The notes under the pieces are model-generated. The model was not told the origin of the DNA, did no database searches, and worked only from the letters and a program-made list of their open reading frames with translations. The translations under genes were made by a program, and so were the position numbers. From Candidatus Nomurabacteria bacterium (GTDB taxonomy: Bacteria; Patescibacteriota; Minisyncoccia; Phycocordibacterales; UBA9973): DNA of 42,512 nt. Shown one piece after another: positions 37,828-42,512 of the stretch (its first letter is position 1; the number at the start of each line of letters is the position of its first letter). The stretch covers positions 1 through 42,512 of the forward strand of contig CAWJHU010000002.1 in NCBI GenBank assembly GCA_963842815.1, read 5' to 3'.

Positions 37828-39358
37828 TTATTTTTGAGTTATGGTAAACGATTCAATAATATCTCCCTCCACAATTTCTATTTTTGATTCAATCATCATT
37901 CCGAACTCGGCGCCCTCTTCCACTTCTCTGATTTTTGTTTTGCTTTTTTCCAAATTGACGATTTTTCCGCGGCCGATTTCAAATTCTCGGCGCATAATTT
38001 TCACTATTTTATCTAAAATTATTCGTCCTTCAAAACTTTGCCTCCCACTATTTGGCGTTCTTTGGTGCGACTGAAAGCCTTGATAATTTTCGCGCGGCCG
38101 GTTGTTTCTATGGTTTCAATTTTAGGCCTTCTGTTTTCCATTTCAATTTCCAAGCCATTCGGTCATTTTATAAATAATATCAAAAAAAGAAATGGTTATT
38201 CCTCGCTTTTCGGCCAGTTCGGTGGCGCTCTTATCTAGCTTTCACATTAAACCCGATGACCAGGACGTTTTCACTTCCGCTGATTGCCTTTTATGTCCGA
38301 TTCCGAAATGGGCCCGACTCCTTTTCTGTATAATTTTGAATTCAGCATTTTCGTTTGTTATTTTTTTTATTTCTTTTTCAATGGCTTCCAGGGAACCCGA
38401 AACATCGGCTTTTAAAATAATTGGAATTATTTTTTTGTTCCCGCCTGCATCAGCTATGCCCGAAGCATTGCGGGCAGATGCTTTTTTTTTGGGGAGATTC
38501 GATTTTAAAGAATCCACATATTTTTCCGCCTCCTTTTTTTTTTAAAAGATTTGAATTCCGCTCCTATCTGGGGCATTTTACAAAAACCAACAAGACGAAT
38601 AGGGGAGGAAAAAGTCGCTTCACCTATGGTTTGTCCCAAGAAAATTTTCCATAATATTTGTAGAACAAACGCTGTCTCCCACTGCCACCAGCATTCCTTT
38701 TTTAAGAAAACCATTTTTTATAATAAGCGTTGCCTGAATTCCGCGTTTGGAGTCAAGATTTGCTTCAAGCACAAAACCGGAAGCATTTTCATTTTCGTTG
38801 CCGCTGAAATTTTCCATTTCGGCCACAAGATTAATCAGCGATAATAAATCATCTATGCCGATGCCGATTTTTGCCGAAATTTCAACAAAAGGAATCTTAC
38901 CGCCATAATCTTTCAAGATAAATTTCATTTTCCGCCAATTCTGTTTTTGTTTTTTCTATGTTTGCATTTGGCTTATCTATTTTATTTATGGCCACAATGC
39001 AAGGAATTTTATTTTCTGCTATTGTTTTCCAAGCTTCAATTGTTTGCGGTTTTACTCCGTCTTCGGCGGAAACAATTAAAATGGCAATATCGGCAATCTG
39101 GGCGCCACGTTCACGCATTTTTGAAAACGATTCATGCCCGGGTGTGTCAAAAAAAGTTATTTTTTTTTGCTGTCCCTTTTCATCAAGATGCTCTACTTCA
39201 TAGGCAGAAATATTTTGAGTTATGCCACCCACTTCTTTTTCTACCAAATTTGTTTTTCTGATGTAGTCAAGCAAAGTTGATTTACCATGGTCAATATGGC
39301 CCATAATTACGACCACGGGTGGTCTTACTATTCTTTTCTCTTCTTTTTTTGTTTCCAT
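37828..39358 (-). CDS. infB: Translation initiation factor IF-2 (short form without N-terminal extension), fragmented by indels
   Basis: [68 protein letters not shown]. Confidence 0.93.
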
Positions 39359-39363
39359 AGTGT

Positions 39364-39819
39364 TTATACTTTGGCTTTCTCCAAAACTTCTTTTTCCTCA
39401 GTAGTGAGTTCGTATTCCGATTTGCCATTTTTAACAGGCTTGGCAAAGATACTCATTCTTTCACGAGAATAAAGACTTGAAAATACCACGCCATCGCCTT
39501 CTTCATTCAGCATACCGACAGCAAAACTCTGGTTGCTGCCCTGGTCCGGAAAAGGATTGAAACGAATAGTCTCAAGACCCCGTACGCTTTTTTTTAATTT
39601 TTTATTTATTTCAGTCAATTCTTTTTCAATTTTTTCTTTAGCGGACTTCAATTTTGAAATATTTTCTTCCAGGACCAAGATATTTTCTTCCAAATCCTTC
39701 GCTTTTTTGCCGGAGAAAAATCTTTTTAGGCGCTTTTCCGTTCTAATAATCCAAAAAGCGCTGATTAAAATAACAACTCCGATAAAAACAAAAAAAATCG
39801 TCTCAAGCTTTATATTCAT
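39364..39819 (-). CDS. DUF4446 family protein
   Basis: N-terminal TM, coiled coil, [15 protein letters not shown]...[16 protein letters not shown]. Confidence 0.8.
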   Translation of the reverse strand: MNIKLETIFFVFIGVVILISAFWIIRTEKRLKRFFSGKKAKDLEENILVLEENISKLKSAKEKIEKELTEINKKLKKSVRGLETIRFNPFPDQGSNQSFAVGMLNEEGDGVVFSSLYSRERMSIFAKPVKNGKSEYELTTEEKEVLEKAKV

Positions 39820-39843
39820 AGGTTTTCAATATATACTATTTTA

Positions 39844-41013
39844 ATGGCAAAATCAAATCATAAAATATATCTGGATTATGCGGCCGGAGTATCGGCCAAC
39901 CCAAGTTCCATACATGAAGAGGGGATTAAAGCTAAAAGAAAACTGCAAAATGCACGCATGGAAGTCGCTACTGTTTTAGGAGCTAGGTCTGATGAAATTA
40001 TTTTTACCAGCGGGGGTACGGAGAGCAATAATCTGGCAATACAAGGAATAATTATCGAGTGTCCAACACCCGACAAGCGAGTGTCCAACACACGACAACC
40101 TCATATCATCACCACCAACATAGAGCATCCTTCGGTTTTGGAAACTTTTAAAATGCTTAAGAAAAGAAAACTAGCGGAGATTTCCATAGTGCCGGTTGAA
40201 AAAAACGGCATAGTTGACCCCAAGAAAATAAAAAAGGAAATAAAGAAAAATACCGTGCTGGTCTCCGTGATGTATGCAAATAATGAAATCGGCACTATTC
40301 AGCCCATTCACGAAATTGCCAAAGAGATAAGATATTATAAAAAACAAAATAAAATAAATAATTTATTTTTTCACACCGACGCTGTGCAGGCAGTGAATTA
40401 TTTAGACTTGAATGTAGAAAAACTTGGAGTGGATTTGCTTTCTCTCTCCGGTTCCAAAATAGAAGGAGCAGGCAGAGTAGGAATTTTATATAAAAGAAAA
40501 TCTGTGTCTCTGACGGCAATATTTGGCGGGGGGGACCAGGAATCAGGACTGCGTCCCGGTACAGAAAATTTGCCGGAGATTTTAAAATTTTCTAGGGCAT
40601 TAAAATTAGCGCAAAAAATTAGAGAAAAAGAAACAAAACGCTTAATAAAATTGCGAGATTATTTTATTAAAAAACTAGAAATTCAAAAACAAAATTTAGT
40701 TTTGGGTTTTCTAGTTAATGGTGATTTAAAAAACAGACTGCCCAATAATATAAATATTACATTTCCCAAAATCCCAAGCGATCTTTTGGTGTTGGAACTT
40801 TCAGCAAAAGGAATAATGGCTTCATCCAAAAGCGCCTGCAAAAGTTCTCGCAAAGAGGGTTCCTATGTCATTCAAGCCATCCGTCCGGAATCAAATATTG
40901 AAATAGGTGGACTCCGTTTTTCTCTGGGCAGACAAACAACCAAAACAGACATTGACTATACAATTAAAATTTTATCTCAAATTTTGCAAAAACTGAAAAA
41001 GTGGTATAATTGA
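39844..41013 (+). CDS. iscS: Cysteine desulfurase (IscS/NifS family)
   Basis: IYLDYAA, FTSGGTESNN, IEHPSV, MYANNEIGTIQP, HTDAVQA, RPGTEN, SSKSAC. Confidence 0.92.
   Translation: MAKSNHKIYLDYAAGVSANPSSIHEEGIKAKRKLQNARMEVATVLGARSDEIIFTSGGTESNNLAIQGIIIECPTPDKRVSNTRQPHIITTNIEHPSVLETFKMLKKRKLAEISIVPVEKNGIVDPKKIKKEIKKNTVLVSVMYANNEIGTIQPIHEIAKEIRYYKKQNKINNLFFHTDAVQAVNYLDLNVEKLGVDLLSLSGSKIEGAGRVGILYKRKSVSLTAIFGGGDQESGLRPGTENLPEILKFSRALKLAQKIREKETKRLIKLRDYFIKKLEIQKQNLVLGFLVNGDLKNRLPNNINITFPKIPSDLLVLELSAKGIMASSKSACKSSRKEGSYVIQAIRPESNIEIGGLRFSLGRQTTKTDIDYTIKILSQILQKLKKWYN
40056..40099 (+). repeat. 22-bp tandem duplication inside iscS
   Basis: CGAGTGTCCAACACCCGACAAG + CGAGTGTCCAACACACGACAAC (20/22). 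Confidence 0.85.
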
Positions 41014-41016
41014 CCT

Positions 41017-41826
41017 ATGGATATAAAAGATTTAAATAAACCTCAGCTCATAATGCTCGCATTATTGCTTTCTTTCGTTACTTCAATCGCGACGGGGATT
41101 ACCACCGTAACTCTCATGCAACAGGCGCCTTCTTCCGTGACTATTCCCATCAACCGCGTTGTTCAACAGACAGTTGAAAAAATACAACAGGTGGAAGGTA
41201 AAACCACAGTACAAACTGTAGTCATTAAAGAAGAAGATTTGGTGGTGGATGCCATTGCCAAAAATAAATCGGCAATTTTTTCCATAACCAAAGAAGCCCA
41301 AGATACGGACGGGGCCACCATTGAAGTTTCAGCCGGACAAGGGTTTGCCATTTCCACGGACGGCATTGTTGTCGCCGATGGTTCGCTTGTTTCCGGTATC
41401 GGCGTTTATTATGTAAAAAATGACAGTGGAAAGTTTCATGCGGATTTCATCACAACGGATAAGAATGGATTTTCACTTCTCAGAATAGGCAAGCCGCTTG
41501 ATGAAAAAAGCAAACTTGCTTTCACTGTGCCCGCCTTCGGAGATTTGAGCAAAATGAAAGAAGGACAGAAAATTTTAGTTTTGGGCAATACCATCTCTTC
41601 CTTTATTTTTGACGGAAATAAGGATATAAAAATGAACATTAACAAATCAAACGCGGGAGAATCGGTGCTTGATTTGGATGGAAATGTATTGGGAATCACT
41701 CTGTCCGGAGATACCGCTTCCTTTGCCTCAATTGATTTAATTTCCGAAGCCCTGAAAGCATTAACTCCAGCCACCACGCCCATTTCAACACCCTCTTCGT
41801 CAACAACTGCCCCCGCAACAAACTGA
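41017..41826 (+). CDS. Trypsin-like (HtrA-related) protein lacking catalytic His and Ser, no PDZ
   Basis: GQGFAISTDGIVVADGS and NINKSNAGESVLDLDGNVLGI align to the htrA motifs TNKH and GNSGG. Confidence 0.75.
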   Translation: MDIKDLNKPQLIMLALLLSFVTSIATGITTVTLMQQAPSSVTIPINRVVQQTVEKIQQVEGKTTVQTVVIKEEDLVVDAIAKNKSAIFSITKEAQDTDGATIEVSAGQGFAISTDGIVVADGSLVSGIGVYYVKNDSGKFHADFITTDKNGFSLLRIGKPLDEKSKLAFTVPAFGDLSKMKEGQKILVLGNTISSFIFDGNKDIKMNINKSNAGESVLDLDGNVLGITLSGDTASFASIDLISEALKALTPATTPISTPSSSTTAPATN

Positions 41827-41902
41827 ATAACCTAATAAAAAAGATTAATTTTTTTATTTTCTAACTTTTACTTTATAAACTTTATATTTTATAAATTGCT
41901 TT

Positions 41903-42512
41903 ATGCCTCCACTTAATAAATTTACAACCAAATCAAAGGATGCAATTAAAAGAGCCCACGAACTGGCCATTGAACGCGGACAAAATCACGTTTCTTCTTT
42001 GCACCTGCTGGCTGCGCTTCTCCTGCAGGAAGAAAGCATGGTGAATTCTATTTTGGATAAATTGGAGGTGGATGTTGTCTTTTTAACAGATTCTATTTTG
42101 GAGACCATTGAATCTCCGGAATCCAATAGCACCCTTTCTCCGGCCTATCAAATTTATCTCAACCCCGATTTGGCCCAGGTCATAGAGCATTCGGTAAAAT
42201 TGGCGGAATATATGAAAGATGATTTTGTTTCAACGGAACATCTTTTCATTGCCATGTTGGAGGTCCCCGGAGAAGCTCGGGAAATTTTGGCGCGATTCAG
42301 GATTTTAAAAGAACCCGTGATGAAAGTTTTAGAAGAACTTCGCAGTCAAAATATTACTGACGCGACGGAACCGAAAAGATTCAGATTGATTTTAAAATAT
42401 ACCCGAAATCTGACTAAATTGGCCAAAGAAGACAAATTGGATCCGGTTATCGGACGGGACAATGAAATAATGCGCATTATTCAAATTCTTTCTCGCCGAA
42501 CCAAGAACAACC
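41903..42512 (+). CDS. clpB: ATP-dependent Clp protease/chaperone ATP-binding subunit (ClpB/ClpC), partial
   Basis: MPPLNKFTTKSKDAI, HLLAALL, STEHLF, YTRNLTKLAKEDKLDPVIGRDNEIMRIIQILSRRTKNN. Confidence 0.9.
   Translation, partial: MPPLNKFTTKSKDAIKRAHELAIERGQNHVSSLHLLAALLLQEESMVNSILDKLEVDVVFLTDSILETIESPESNSTLSPAYQIYLNPDLAQVIEHSVKLAEYMKDDFVSTEHLFIAMLEVPGEAREILARFRILKEPVMKVLEELRSQNITDATEPKRFRLILKYTRNLTKLAKEDKLDPVIGRDNEIMRIIQILSRRTKNN

Noticed and set aside
37503-39358. rbfA and infB as true pseudogenes
   Set aside because: Essential or conserved genes with intact motifs across frames; the error pattern matches the gyrA zone.

Overview
A 42.5 kb chromosomal window, most likely from a Patescibacteria/CPR bacterium of the Parcubacteria type. 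This is inferred from the 16S signatures, VirB2-like pilin array, short IF2/S1 and absence of SD motifs; the genetic code is standard (TGA = stop). Housekeeping content: alaS (partial), htrA, rnj, secG, a stand-alone 16S rRNA, 5 tRNAs, secA, rarA, murE/D/C, rpsA, gyrA, rbfA, infB, iscS, clpB/C (partial). Accessory content: a cobalamin-riboswitch operon (DUF4430 + prenyltransferase-repeat surface protein), a DUF559 endonuclease gene between inverted hairpin repeats, an AT-rich CYTH/UbiA/EamA/YjjX block, a five-gene pilin array and an SPFH pair. The most striking unexplained structure is a set of short palindromic or repeated elements. One is an identical 28-bp palindrome sitting in frame in two unrelated genes on opposite strands, read as SPDPGSGE in both. 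Single-base indels cluster in three zones and break essential genes (alaS, gyrA, rbfA, infB); these are most likely consensus errors.
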